From an uncultured candidate division Zixibacteria bacterium (GTDB taxonomy: Bacteria; Zixibacteria; MSB-5A5; GN15; FEB-12), in NCBI GenBank assembly GCA_963664195.1, contig OY760907.1:224001-288000 (forward strand): a stretch of 64,000 nucleotides of DNA, written 5' to 3'. Both the position numbers and the translations under genes were made by a program. Numbering within the stretch: the first letter of the stretch is position 1; each line of letters begins with the position of its first letter. Below are positions 28,095-38,925 of the stretch, in pieces. Under the pieces are notes generated by a model, which made no database searches, was not told the DNA's origin, and was given only the letters and a program-made list of their open reading frames with translations.

Positions 28095-28325
28095 TCACAC
28101 ACGGCGATTGCCCAGCAAGCGGGCGGGCAGCGTCAGAACGGCTTTCACCATATCCAAGAGACCGTCCACTGCCACCCCGAGCAGTTTGAACGGCAAGACC
28201 AGTAGCCAAACCAGTGGATAGAGCACCAGCGCCAGCAGTGCCAGCGGCCAACACAGAATGAACAGAATACACCAGAGCAGAAAACTAATCATGACGAGAT
28301 ATCCCAATGCCTGAGTCTGGCTCAT
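28095..28325 (-). CDS. Small hydrophobic membrane protein
   Basis: LLWCILFILCWPLALLALVLYPLVWLLVLPFKLLG...LPARLLG; the start may be the second Met. Confidence 0.7.
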   Translation of the reverse strand: MSQTQALGYLVMISFLLWCILFILCWPLALLALVLYPLVWLLVLPFKLLGVAVDGLLDMVKAVLTLPARLLGNRRV

Positions 28326-28370
28326 TGTACGTGAATACCGTCGATTCGTTGCTGTATTTCGGACTCGGGG

Positions 28371-29777
28371 TCAATTGACCGTCGCCCAGGCCGCGGCCAT
28401 CCCGGCGTACAGGGCGGCCTGGAGGAGAAAAGGCCGTCGATTGTGACGTTCCATAGTCTCATAATCCAAACGGTTTTCCATGTACAGTTGGAGCGTCGAC
28501 ACGCGGATAACATCTCCGTACAAGCACTTCAGTTTCACGCCTACTTTGGCCTGTTGAAGGGCTTGAAATCCAACTAACAACTCGACCTCGTGAAATCCTT
28601 CCTGGCCGGTATGATACGAGTAGGTGAGCCGATCGAAGTCTGTATCGTATCCCAGACCGAGTTCCGCGCCAAAATCATTGACGTCGTATGACTGTCCCTC
28701 TTTCCGCGCTCTCATGAAAGTACCTTCGAGGCCACCGTACATGGAAAGGCCGTCGGTACTGCGGGTGAACGGATAGTGACGGACGCCCAGCGGCGTGAAC
28801 GAACCAATCGACGGGTTGGTGCCGCTAGAATCAAGGCCATCTACTTCCCCGAATACCTGGTACTGGGTCGACGGCGTGTAGTATAGGATACCGAAGTGTA
28901 TGCTGACGTTGTTGGAAATGCCTTCTTGCGACGGCAGGCCGCTTCGGTCAAAACTTTGCAGCCCGATCCCTCCGGCCATACCGAGGCCTTTCCCTTCTTC
29001 TTCGAAGCGGTACAGGCGAGTCATAGGGCGTGGCGGAACGACGCCGGCCCAGATCACATCGAGCGGTGGGGCAAGCTCTCGCTCTGCCTCGCCGTAGGCT
29101 TTGACGCAGTAGGCCTCGGGAAGAACGGTGCTGTTGAGCGGGAGAGTGAGTTGACCGTCTGCAGCGACCTCTCCCCCGCTTGCGTCGTCGGCACGATAGA
29201 CAACGAGGTCTGATTGGTACGGCGGGGGCTGATGTGCGCTGTCCGGCTCACAGTCTTGCCAGGTACACGGAACTGAGACGCGCCGAAGGCTATCAAGGGA
29301 AGTCACTTCCAATACAGAGTCAATGAACCACGGAGATTGGTTCAGACCAATCCTTGGACAAAACGGAGTTGGCTCCATTGTCAGAGCCTCATCGAAGAAC
29401 TCGCACCACCAGCAGTAGTTCATGTCCCGAAAATTCTCGGCAACGCTGTCAGGTGCGCGGGAAATCATGTCCCACCAAAACAAACCGAAGTCAAAACAAC
29501 AATCCGCATCACTGCTCAGGCTCCAATACAAGGAATCTCTGATCCGCGTCTCGGTCTCGTGAGTGACCAACCGGTAGTCACGCTCCGGCAGGAGTTGGAT
29601 TGCGATAGAATCGATGTGCTCAGCTTTGATATGAAGGTCGTAGTCGACCGTGACTGAGTTTCCCGTGGGGCGCAACTCGACGCTACCACGGAATTTTGGT
29701 TTGTGCGTGCTGCACCCGGCGGCCAGACCGCAGGCCATGCACAACGCTACCAATGCAGTGAACCCAATATGCCTCAT
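28371..29777 (-). CDS. Hypothetical lipoprotein with a C-terminal beta-rich region
   Basis: MRHIGF...LAAGC lipobox; start moved from 30017 to 29777. Confidence 0.65.
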   Translation of the reverse strand: MRHIGFTALVALCMACGLAAGCSTHKPKFRGSVELRPTGNSVTVDYDLHIKAEHIDSIAIQLLPERDYRLVTHETETRIRDSLYWSLSSDADCCFDFGLFWWDMISRAPDSVAENFRDMNYCWWCEFFDEALTMEPTPFCPRIGLNQSPWFIDSVLEVTSLDSLRRVSVPCTWQDCEPDSAHQPPPYQSDLVVYRADDASGGEVAADGQLTLPLNSTVLPEAYCVKAYGEAERELAPPLDVIWAGVVPPRPMTRLYRFEEEGKGLGMAGGIGLQSFDRSGLPSQEGISNNVSIHFGILYYTPSTQYQVFGEVDGLDSSGTNPSIGSFTPLGVRHYPFTRSTDGLSMYGGLEGTFMRARKEGQSYDVNDFGAELGLGYDTDFDRLTYSYHTGQEGFHEVELLVGFQALQQAKVGVKLKCLYGDVIRVSTLQLYMENRLDYETMERHNRRPFLLQAALYAGMAAAWATVN

Positions 29778-30019
29778 TGACCGCCCTGTCCTCTGGAGTG
29801 AACACCTTGCGGTGTGTCTGTTATACACGTGGAGGGGCAGATCGACGATGATTCTGGAAATGTGGGACACTTCCGGGCCAAACAAGTTTGACCCGGCCAC
29901 CCGAACAGGGCGGGTTCGTCTTTGAAGGGGCACACGAGGACGTGTGCCGCTCACGGAACTCGGCCTTTCAAGGTACGCACAAGGACGTGTGCAGCCCTGG
30001 GCGCTATCAGCCATCACAC

Positions 30020-30055
30020 AAAAAAACTCCCCCTGCAGCGAACCACAGGGGGAGC
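30020..30055 (-). terminator. Rho-independent terminator of the PKD adhesin operon
   Basis: Minus strand CTCCCCCTG...CAGGGGGAG followed by a T run. Confidence 0.75.
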
Positions 30056-30075
30056 GAAATGTCAGTCAATAAGAC

Positions 30076-33000
30076 CTACTGGAAGCGCACCTCGTTCGAG
30101 GTCTGCACAACCGGCAGATCCTGCGAGGTCTGCACCTCAATCGAAGCCGCACCACCACCGCTCGGCGTAGTGCCGTCGATGGCGCGGATGCGATAACGGA
30201 GTTCCAGCTTCTGATCCGGATCAATCGTCGGCAGCGTCAGGCTCAACGTTGAGCCGGCAGCCGTCGCGGCAATAGACTTGCCGTCGATTGTCGCGCTGTT
30301 GTCGAGATACTCCACGCCCTCCGGGAGAACGTCCGTCAGTACGGCGTTCTCGGCGGCCATGGCGCTGGTATTCTCAACCGTCAGGACAACTTCCCATGAA
30401 TCGTCGATATCGATCTCAATCGGCATAGCTGACGGCTCGAAGAGCGTGTCGAACTTGACCGGGTTGAGAGCCAGAGTGGTCGAGTTGGTCCACTCGGCGT
30501 CCGGGGCAACCGACGGCGCGAGGAAGCCGGCCACGCGGGCCTCAATGATGACTTCCGTACGACGGTTCGGCTGCAGTTCTTCCGAGGTTGTTCCGCTGGT
30601 CACCACCGGGACAGTAGCCGCAAAGCTCTCGTAAGCCAGACGGTCACGCTCGATACCGCGATTCTCCACCAGCCAGTTGACCACCGCCTTCGCACGACCC
30701 TCGCCGAGTTCCCAGTTCGACGGGAACTTCTCGGTGTGGATCGGACGGTAATCGGTGTGTCCGTTGACCTTGATCTTCGCATCGGCATACTTCAGGATCG
30801 AGTCGGCCACCGCGTGGAGCTGCGGAATCGCGGGTTCCTGCAGGTCGTCCATGCTCGTTATGAACAGGGCCGGAGTCAACGTGACGTTGACATCCTGCGG
30901 CGGAGCCAGGAGGAACGGACCGGCAGCTACTTCGGCAGGTGCCGAGACTTCCGGAGCCGCGTTACCGGCATCGACCACATCACCTTCGAGATGCACCTTA
31001 TTGCTGAGGAAACGACGCACTCCCGGAGTGAGATCCTTCAGTGAGTAGTAAACCGACTTCTGGAGTCGTTCCTGCGCCGCGGTGATTTCGTACACAAGCT
31101 GAGTGCCGTTTTTGGTCGGTTTCAGGGTCTGCGATTCGTCGAGGATCACGCGGGTATCGACCGGGAAGGAGTCAACCACGCGGATCTGGGTCGGATCGGC
31201 AAGACCGTTGGAGGTTATGTCAATCTGGTAATCCATCAGGACACCGAGGCTGTCAACCGCCTGCTCAGGATGCACCTTCGCAGTCTTGGTCACCTTCACA
31301 GCCGGTACAATCGAAGCTTTCTTCATAATATCAAGCTGCGGGTATTCCGGACAGACTCTAAATATGATGTACGACTCACCCGTCTCATGAACGTGAGCGA
31401 ACACCGAAGACTGAGCGCCTTCAGGGATGTAGTAACCGTCGAGATCACGCTCGTCGAGCGCAACGACGCGTTCACCAGCTCTGACGGTGCTGAAATAGAA
31501 CATGCCCTTGTTGTTCACCTTGGACTGTGAACCGTCGTCAAGGAAGACATCCATGCCGACCGGGCCTTCGTCCATATCCGCGATGCCGTCACCGTCGCAA
31601 TCGACCACGACCTTACCGCGAATCGAACCGGAGAGGGTGCTGCCAAGCACATAGATCTCAGCCGTTGCCCGGTTGGAATGTACGGCCAGACCACCCTGAG
31701 TAGCCCGTGAACGAGCGACGTTTACCTGGCGACCGACACTCGCTGAAACGCCCACAAGAGCGGTGTACTCAACGGTGAACGTGCCGGATGCCGGCAGATC
31801 GGTCAGCGACCATTCGTACGGATTGTCACCGGTCGGATCATCGATGCTCGCACCGTTGAGCAGACTGGTTCCGTCGATCGGGAAGAGTCCGTGCGGCATC
31901 GTATCGACGAGAATCACGTCGTCAAGGGTCGCGGCTGAGAAGTTCTCGATGGTAACGGTGAACTTGATCAGGTCACCGATCATGCCGCTCGGCTTGCTGG
32001 CTTCCTTTTTGATGACCATCGGAAGCGCACTAACCGTTGTCACGGCCGAGTCTATCTCGGAGCCGCCCGGGTAGACACTGCGTACGAGAGCGATATTCGG
32101 AATCCGCTGACCGTCGGAGACCGTCGGATCAATCATGACAACGAAAGAAACCTCTCTGGTCTCGAAGGCCGCCATATTGCCGAGGTTCCAGTGAAGGCTG
32201 TCGGTACCGGCATCGTATGTACCACCGGCTGAGATCGAGCCTGCGGCATATTCGGTGTAATCCGGCACTTCGTCAGCAACTACGACGCCACTGGCAGCTT
32301 CCGGATTAGGGTTGCTGACCGTAAGAGTATAGGTCAGCGGATCGCCCGGCGAGGCCAGAGTGGCATCGACGTTCTTCACGATTGACAACTGACCGGTCGG
32401 AGTACCCTGATATACGCGAGTCTCAACCGTGTTACTGATGAACGTGCGCGCCTCTACCTGTTTCGCCAGCGCTTCCTCGGCAATCGATGCAACCGCGAAG
32501 TTGGAGACGGTTGTCGGGAAGGACGTGAACGGACCGTCAAGCACAACTCGGAATGACAGAGTCAACTCGGCACCTGGATTCAGCATCTGGAAGTTCCAGG
32601 AAACCACGTCCAGACCGGCATCGTGCAGACCACCATTACTGGCAGTGTTCTGGATATACGACGCGTAGTCAGGCACGGTGTCGGTCACGACCAGATTGTA
32701 GACCGGGGTCTCCGTCACGTTGCGGACTACCATCGTGTATTCAAGCTCATCGTTCACGATTGCCGAATCCTTGTCGACAGACTTGTTGATCGTGATCGGC
32801 GCCGGTTGATTACCGGCAGTAATAGTGCCAGTTCTCGTGTCGACACCACACTCATCGGTGACGGTCAGACTCACCGTGTACACACCGGCAACATTGAAGG
32901 TGTGCATCGGATTCTGATCGGACGACGTATTGTCGCTTCCGGATGTCGGATCACCGAAATCCCATTCCCAACTCGTGATGGCCTGAGAGCCAAACGAGAT

Positions 33001-36000
33001 GTCCGTGAAGTTCACGATCAGCGGCACACCACCACTATAAGGAGAGGCGTAGAAGTCGGCAGTCGGACCGTCGAAGACCTCAACTTTGACATCTTTGTAC
33101 ACCTCAACGGTACCGCTGTAATCGAAAGCCATCAGCGTAACCGTGTAAGTGCCGGAAGCAGTGTACGTGTGTTCCGTGTTCTGACCGGACCCGCTGGAAC
33201 CGTCACCGAAGTCCCATTCGTACGAACTGATATCGCAGTTCCCGGTCGGGAAGGCGTAGAAGTAGTAAGTGGTTGAGTCACAGAAGCTGCTCGTCTCCCA
33301 GTTGAAATCCACTTCACATTCGCCGCCAACATGAACGTACGCCTGTTTCACCTTATAATCGGTGCCGCAGGAGTCAGTCACGGTCAGCACAACGTTGTAC
33401 GTGCCGGGTGAGTTGTAGGCGTGAGTAGGATTCTGGTCTGACGAAATGTCACCATCGCCGAACTGCCAGGCCCAGGTATCAATCCCGAGAACACTGGTTG
33501 ATAAATCGGTAAAAGTCACGTCAAGCGGAGCTTCGCCCGAGGTCGGTGCGGCACTGAACTCGGCAGTCGGTCCCGGATAGACGGTAACCGATACGGTCTT
33601 GACAGCAGTTAACGTCTCACCATCGTTGGTAGCGGAAAGCGTCACTACGTAGCTACCCGAGGCGGTGTACGCATGCTCAGGATACTGGCCGGAGCCGGTA
33701 TCCCCGTCGCCGAAATCCCAATCCCAGGCTGTGACGTTACATTCGCCGACCGCGTAGGCATTGAAGTAATAAGTCGACTGGAGGCAAACGCCGTCGTTCT
33801 CCCAGTTGAACTCAACGGTGCAGTCGCCGGTGACATAAACGTAGGCTTCTTTGGTTTCCTCATCGTCACCACAGGCATCGACTACGGTGAGTGTCACGGT
33901 GTAATGCCCGGTATCGCTATACATGTGGGTCGGGTTCTGGGCGGAAGAAGTCCCGCCGTCGCCAAATGCCCAGGTCCAACTAGTGATACCGAGGAGGCTC
34001 GTCGACAGGTCGGTGAAGGTCACGTTCAGCGGAGCCGCACCGGAAAGCGGTGTGGCGCTGAAGTCGGCAGTCGGGCCGGATTGAACCGTCACGTACTGCG
34101 CTTTCGTTTCCGTATCGTTGCCGCACTCGTTAGTGACCGTCAGCGAAATCGTGTAAGTACCGGCGACCGTGTAGGAGTGTGTCGGATTCTGCACGTCGGA
34201 AGTAGCACCGTCGCCGAAGTCCCATTGCCAGGTATAGGCGCCAGTCGACAGATCGGTGAAATCGACGTCCGAACCGGTGCAGGTTGCGGTCGGATCGGCT
34301 GAGAAATCAGCCACCGGCGGCGGGGTGAACGCAATCAGCTCTTCCCCGGTCGTTGTGTCCGCACCACAATCGTTGGTAACGATCAGGCGCACGGTGTATG
34401 TGCCCTGAGTATCATACGAGTGATCCGGATTCTGAACGTCAGAGGTTGCTCCGTCACCGAAATCCCAAGCCCACGACATAGCGTCGGTCGACAAGTCGGT
34501 GAATTCAACCAGAACGCCTTCGCAGGAAGCCGTCTGATCGCTGCTGAAGTCGGCAATCGGGTCCTCATAAACGTAGATATAGGCCATTCTGTACGCTTCG
34601 TCCGGACCACAAGCATTGGTCACCGTCAACGACACTGAGTACAGCCCGGGAGTCGTGTAAGTATGTGAGGGACTCTGGACGCTTGAGTTGCCGCCGTCGC
34701 CGAAGTCCCAGCTCCAGGTCAGCGCGCCAACACTCAGGTCCGTGAACGCCACCTCAAGCGGTCCACAACCGCTCGTCTTGTCGGCAGAAAAGTCAGCAGT
34801 CGGTCCCGGATTCACAGTCACATACGAATCCTTGACTTCAATATCACTGCCGCAGAGATTGCCAGCGGTCAGAGTTACAGTATACGTACCAGCGACCGCG
34901 TAGGTATGCGTCGGGTTGTCATCATGCGACGTATTCCCGTCACCGAAATCCCAGGTGTAGGCTCGGCCATTAGTCGACTGGTTCGTGAACGACACCGGCT
35001 GATTGACGCAGGCGTCGGTATTACTGGCTATGAAGTCAGCAGTCGGTTCCTCATCCACACGAATAAACGCCGTTTTCGGCTCCGTATCCGGACCGCAATC
35101 ATTAGTTACCGTCAACGTGACGTCATACGTGCCTGCGTTCTGGTACGTGTGAGTCGGGTTCTGATCGGTCGACGTGTTCCCATCGCCGAAGTCCCAGAGC
35201 CAACTTTCGGCATCTGTTGACCGGTCAATGAAGTCAATCGGCAAAGGCGCACACCAGACAAACGGATCATGGATTTCAAAATCAGCAGTCGGTGGACCGT
35301 ATACGCGGATGTAGGCCATTCTTTCGTCATAGTCATCGCCACAGGCGTTGCTTACCAGGAGTCTGACCGAATAGACGCCCGCCGCGTTGTACGTATGCGA
35401 GGGACTTGCGGCAGACGATGTACTTCCGTCACCAAAGTCCCAGCTGTACGTATCGGCGTTGGTCGACAAATCGGTGAAATTCACCGTCATGCCGGCGCAA
35501 CCGGAAGTCTGATCAGCAGTGAAATCCGCAATCGGCTCAATACCAACTGAGATGTATTCACTGCGATACTCAGAGTCACCGCCGCAGTCGTTGGTCACGG
35601 TCAGGGTGACGTCGTAACGACCGACAGCACTGTACGTGTGAACAGGGTTCTGATCGGTCGACGTGTTCCCGTCACCGAAATCCCATTCCCAGGTATCAGC
35701 ATGAGTAGAATGATCGTAGAACTCAACCGGATCACCGACACAAGATTCCGTCGTGTTAGTACTGTAGTCGGCAGCCGGTCCCGGAAGCACCGTGATGAAA
35801 TCGAGTTTCTCATCGTCTCTGCTTCCGCAAATATTGCTCACGGTCAGAGTAACCGTGTACGTACCCGGAGTCGTGTAGATGTGCGTCGGGTGTTCGTCAT
35901 CCGACACTGCGCCATCACCGAAATCCCAATGCCAGTCATCGACATCGTAGGATTGCTGAGTGAAGGACACCGTGAGCGGTCCACAGCCTTCGGTCACGTC

Positions 36001-38913
36001 GGACATGAAGCCCGGCAGCGGCCACGGACCTACCGAAATATAAGCGGTCTTCTCTTCGATATCGTCACCACAACGATTAATCGCTCTCAGAGTCACGGTA
36101 TAAAGACCGTCGCTTGAGTATGAATGCGAGGGATTCTGGCTGATGGAAGTAGCTCCGTCTCCAAAACTCCACTCCCATGAATCGGCGTCAACCGAAAGAT
36201 CGGTAAACCGCACCGGGCTGCCGATACAGGTTTCCGTAACATCAGCCTCGAAATCGGCTGTCGGAGCAACGTAGATAGTAATCAGGCCGGGTTTGAACTC
36301 GGTGTCCTCACCGCAGGGGTTGGACACGGTAAGGCGCACGTCGTAAACACCGGAGGCGGTGTACGTATGCAACGGGTTCTGTTCGTCGGAAGTTGCTCCG
36401 TCGCCGAAGTCCCAAAGCCACGTCTCTGCGTTCAACGACAGATCAGTGAACTGGAAACCGGACGGCGCACAACCTTCGTGATCCGCCACCGTGAAATCGG
36501 CCTGAGGAGTCGGGCGTACAAAGATGTACTGCGCCTTGAACTCTTCATCGTCGCCGCAGACGTTGGTCACACGAAGAGTCACGTCGTAGTAACCCGGCTG
36601 CGCGTAGACATGAGTCGGGTGCTGGGCCGGTGAACTGTTACCGTCGCCGAAATCCCAGAGCCAGGTCGTCGCATACTGTGACATATCAGTGAACGTCACG
36701 GTCGCACCGACACAGGTTTCAGTCGGATCGGCACTGAAGTCAGCTATCGGGTACTGACCAACAAGAATGAATGCCTCTTTAGTAATGAAATCCTCGCCGC
36801 ACTCGTTGGCTACGGTCAACGTCACCGTGTAGGCGCCGACGCCTGCATAGGCATGGGCCGGATTCTGCTCTGTCGATGTGTTGCCATCGCCGAATTCCCA
36901 CAACCAACTGTCGGCGTCCTGCGACAGGTCGGTGAAGTGCACCGGTCCCGGCTCACAGAGCACGGTCTCATCGGAAGTGAAATCGGCAATCGGTCCGCGA
37001 CCGACAGTAATATACTCAGCCTTCGTTTCTGAGTCTTCACCGCAGGCATTGGTGACGGTCAGCGTGACCGCATAAACACCGGCGGTTGCATAGGAATGAG
37101 TCGGATTCTGGAGGATCGAAGTCGTACCGTCGCCAAAGTCCCAGGTCCACGTGTCAGCGTGCTGCGACAGATCGGTGAACTGAACGTCGGCACCAACACA
37201 GGTCTCTGTGACATCGGAAGTGAAGTCTGCAATCGGCGGCTGGCCGATCAGAATAAACGCTTCTTTGGTGATCGAATCTTCGCCGCACCTGTTGGTCACC
37301 GTCAGGGTCACCGTATAAGTGCCGGTAGCGGCATAGGTATGACTCGGGTTCTGATCAGGCGAGGTGTTGCCATCACCGAAATCCCACAGCCACGTTTCAG
37401 CGAATTGTGACAGGTCAGTGAAATCAACCGTGCTCTCTTCGCAGAAAACCGTCGGATCGGCGGCGAAATCAGCAATCGGCGATGTGCCGACCGTAATATA
37501 CTCGGTCTTAGTTTCAGTATCATCACCGCAGGCATTGGTAACGGTCAGCGTGACCGCATAAACACCGGCGACGGTATATGAATGCAGGGGATTCTGATCG
37601 GTCGCGGTTGCGCCATCGCCGAAACTCCAGCTCCACGTGGCGGCATTCTGCGACAGATCAGTGAACTGAACGTCGACACCAACACAGCTTTCGGTTACGT
37701 CAGATGTGAAGTCAGCAACCGGCTGATCTACGACTGTAATAAAGAGCTCCTTGACCTCCTTATCGACCCCACACTCGTTTCTGACTGCCAGCTCGACGGT
37801 GTACGTTCCGGCCGTCGTATAGGTGTGACAGGGTTCGTGCTCCCAGACATAGCCGGAGCCGTCACCGAAGTCCCAGCGCCACCAATCGGCGTCAACCGAA
37901 AGATCCTGGAAACAGACTTCCGAGCCGACACAGAAAAGCTGCGTGTCACTGGTGAAGTCCGCAGTCGGACCGTCGTTCACGTTGATGTACTCGACTTTGG
38001 TTGCGGAAGCATCGCCGCACTCGTTCGCCGCGGTCAACGTAACAGTGTATAACCCGGCAGTCGCATAAGTGTGAACAGGATTCTGATCGGCCGAGGTATT
38101 GCCGTCGCCGAAATCCCAGAACCACGAGTCGGCATCAACGGACATATCGGTGAAGGTGACCGCCCCGCTGTCCAGACACATCTCGGTCGGGTCGGCAGTG
38201 AAATCGACAGTCGGCGGACCATCGATTGTTATGTAGACTTCTTTGATCTCTTCGTCGTGACCGCACTGGTTGCGGACCTTCAACGTCACGGTGTACGTGC
38301 CCGGAGTCGTGTACGTGTGGCACGGATTCTCGACGTACGAGTATGCGGAACCGTCACCGAAATCCCAGCGCCACCAGGTGGCAAAGGTCGACCGGTCTTC
38401 GAAACAGATTTCAGTATTAACACACTCTCTTAGCGAAAGCGCGATGAAATCAGCAATCGGCTCGGTTCTCACTATTATTACATCAGTGCGAGTTTTGCTC
38501 GCGGAACCGCCCGGACCGGTAACGGTCAACGTGACGGTATAGACCCCCGAAGTCCCGTAGAAGTGAGTCGGGTTTTCTTCGTTTGAGTAGTTGTCCGAAC
38601 CGCTGTTCGGATCACCGAAATCCCATTCCCAGGTATCAATGTATCCCACGGAAAGATCGGTGAAACTCGCCTGCAGTTCGCCGCAGGCATCGTCGATATC
38701 GACGCAAAAATCTGGTATTGGCTTCTCAGCGTCATCGTGGTTGAAACCGGCCGGCGGGGTATGAACCTCCCCAACGCGGGCATCATCGCCACAAACGGCG
38801 CCGTGTTCTGTCTCCGCCCATGACGGCAAAGCCGTCAGACCGAAGACGCCAACTACAAACAGGAGCGTTACAAGAACGCGCCCGAAACTGCTGTTATGAC
38901 GTAGTCTAATCAT
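30076..38913 (-). CDS. Giant secreted adhesin-like protein: 24 PKD repeats, DUF11 repeats, SdrD-B-like domain, OmpA/MotB peptidoglycan-binding domain
   Basis: Signal peptide; 24 counted (W/Y)xWxFGD motifs; KSVDK/KNVDA/KEASK DUF11 starts; GSIRGKVVVDCDGDG; VNGHTD..SNWELGEGRA..NRRTEV. Confidence 0.92.
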   Translation of the reverse strand: MIRLRHNSSFGRVLVTLLFVVGVFGLTALPSWAETEHGAVCGDDARVGEVHTPPAGFNHDDAEKPIPDFCVDIDDACGELQASFTDLSVGYIDTWEWDFGDPNSGSDNYSNEENPTHFYGTSGVYTVTLTVTGPGGSASKTRTDVIIVRTEPIADFIALSLRECVNTEICFEDRSTFATWWRWDFGDGSAYSYVENPCHTYTTPGTYTVTLKVRNQCGHDEEIKEVYITIDGPPTVDFTADPTEMCLDSGAVTFTDMSVDADSWFWDFGDGNTSADQNPVHTYATAGLYTVTLTAANECGDASATKVEYINVNDGPTADFTSDTQLFCVGSEVCFQDLSVDADWWRWDFGDGSGYVWEHEPCHTYTTAGTYTVELAVRNECGVDKEVKELFITVVDQPVADFTSDVTESCVGVDVQFTDLSQNAATWSWSFGDGATATDQNPLHSYTVAGVYAVTLTVTNACGDDTETKTEYITVGTSPIADFAADPTVFCEESTVDFTDLSQFAETWLWDFGDGNTSPDQNPSHTYAATGTYTVTLTVTNRCGEDSITKEAFILIGQPPIADFTSDVTETCVGADVQFTDLSQHADTWTWDFGDGTTSILQNPTHSYATAGVYAVTLTVTNACGEDSETKAEYITVGRGPIADFTSDETVLCEPGPVHFTDLSQDADSWLWEFGDGNTSTEQNPAHAYAGVGAYTVTLTVANECGEDFITKEAFILVGQYPIADFSADPTETCVGATVTFTDMSQYATTWLWDFGDGNSSPAQHPTHVYAQPGYYDVTLRVTNVCGDDEEFKAQYIFVRPTPQADFTVADHEGCAPSGFQFTDLSLNAETWLWDFGDGATSDEQNPLHTYTASGVYDVRLTVSNPCGEDTEFKPGLITIYVAPTADFEADVTETCIGSPVRFTDLSVDADSWEWSFGDGATSISQNPSHSYSSDGLYTVTLRAINRCGDDIEEKTAYISVGPWPLPGFMSDVTEGCGPLTVSFTQQSYDVDDWHWDFGDGAVSDDEHPTHIYTTPGTYTVTLTVSNICGSRDDEKLDFITVLPGPAADYSTNTTESCVGDPVEFYDHSTHADTWEWDFGDGNTSTDQNPVHTYSAVGRYDVTLTVTNDCGGDSEYRSEYISVGIEPIADFTADQTSGCAGMTVNFTDLSTNADTYSWDFGDGSTSSAASPSHTYNAAGVYSVRLLVSNACGDDYDERMAYIRVYGPPTADFEIHDPFVWCAPLPIDFIDRSTDAESWLWDFGDGNTSTDQNPTHTYQNAGTYDVTLTVTNDCGPDTEPKTAFIRVDEEPTADFIASNTDACVNQPVSFTNQSTNGRAYTWDFGDGNTSHDDNPTHTYAVAGTYTVTLTAGNLCGSDIEVKDSYVTVNPGPTADFSADKTSGCGPLEVAFTDLSVGALTWSWDFGDGGNSSVQSPSHTYTTPGLYSVSLTVTNACGPDEAYRMAYIYVYEDPIADFSSDQTASCEGVLVEFTDLSTDAMSWAWDFGDGATSDVQNPDHSYDTQGTYTVRLIVTNDCGADTTTGEELIAFTPPPVADFSADPTATCTGSDVDFTDLSTGAYTWQWDFGDGATSDVQNPTHSYTVAGTYTISLTVTNECGNDTETKAQYVTVQSGPTADFSATPLSGAAPLNVTFTDLSTSLLGITSWTWAFGDGGTSSAQNPTHMYSDTGHYTVTLTVVDACGDDEETKEAYVYVTGDCTVEFNWENDGVCLQSTYYFNAYAVGECNVTAWDWDFGDGDTGSGQYPEHAYTASGSYVVTLSATNDGETLTAVKTVSVTVYPGPTAEFSAAPTSGEAPLDVTFTDLSTSVLGIDTWAWQFGDGDISSDQNPTHAYNSPGTYNVVLTVTDSCGTDYKVKQAYVHVGGECEVDFNWETSSFCDSTTYYFYAFPTGNCDISSYEWDFGDGSSGSGQNTEHTYTASGTYTVTLMAFDYSGTVEVYKDVKVEVFDGPTADFYASPYSGGVPLIVNFTDISFGSQAITSWEWDFGDPTSGSDNTSSDQNPMHTFNVAGVYTVSLTVTDECGVDTRTGTITAGNQPAPITINKSVDKDSAIVNDELEYTMVVRNVTETPVYNLVVTDTVPDYASYIQNTASNGGLHDAGLDVVSWNFQMLNPGAELTLSFRVVLDGPFTSFPTTVSNFAVASIAEEALAKQVEARTFISNTVETRVYQGTPTGQLSIVKNVDATLASPGDPLTYTLTVSNPNPEAASGVVVADEVPDYTEYAAGSISAGGTYDAGTDSLHWNLGNMAAFETREVSFVVMIDPTVSDGQRIPNIALVRSVYPGGSEIDSAVTTVSALPMVIKKEASKPSGMIGDLIKFTVTIENFSAATLDDVILVDTMPHGLFPIDGTSLLNGASIDDPTGDNPYEWSLTDLPASGTFTVEYTALVGVSASVGRQVNVARSRATQGGLAVHSNRATAEIYVLGSTLSGSIRGKVVVDCDGDGIADMDEGPVGMDVFLDDGSQSKVNNKGMFYFSTVRAGERVVALDERDLDGYYIPEGAQSSVFAHVHETGESYIIFRVCPEYPQLDIMKKASIVPAVKVTKTAKVHPEQAVDSLGVLMDYQIDITSNGLADPTQIRVVDSFPVDTRVILDESQTLKPTKNGTQLVYEITAAQERLQKSVYYSLKDLTPGVRRFLSNKVHLEGDVVDAGNAAPEVSAPAEVAAGPFLLAPPQDVNVTLTPALFITSMDDLQEPAIPQLHAVADSILKYADAKIKVNGHTDYRPIHTEKFPSNWELGEGRAKAVVNWLVENRGIERDRLAYESFAATVPVVTSGTTSEELQPNRRTEVIIEARVAGFLAPSVAPDAEWTNSTTLALNPVKFDTLFEPSAMPIEIDIDDSWEVVLTVENTSAMAAENAVLTDVLPEGVEYLDNSATIDGKSIAATAAGSTLSLTLPTIDPDQKLELRYRIRAIDGTTPSGGGAASIEVQTSQDLPVVQTSNEVRFQ

Positions 38914-38925
38914 TATGGCACGCTC

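Noticed and set aside
32800..38700. Regular ~250-bp DNA repeats as a CRISPR array or DGR
   Set aside because: They are coding PKD repeats; no constant repeat-spacer structure, cas genes or reverse transcriptase in the window
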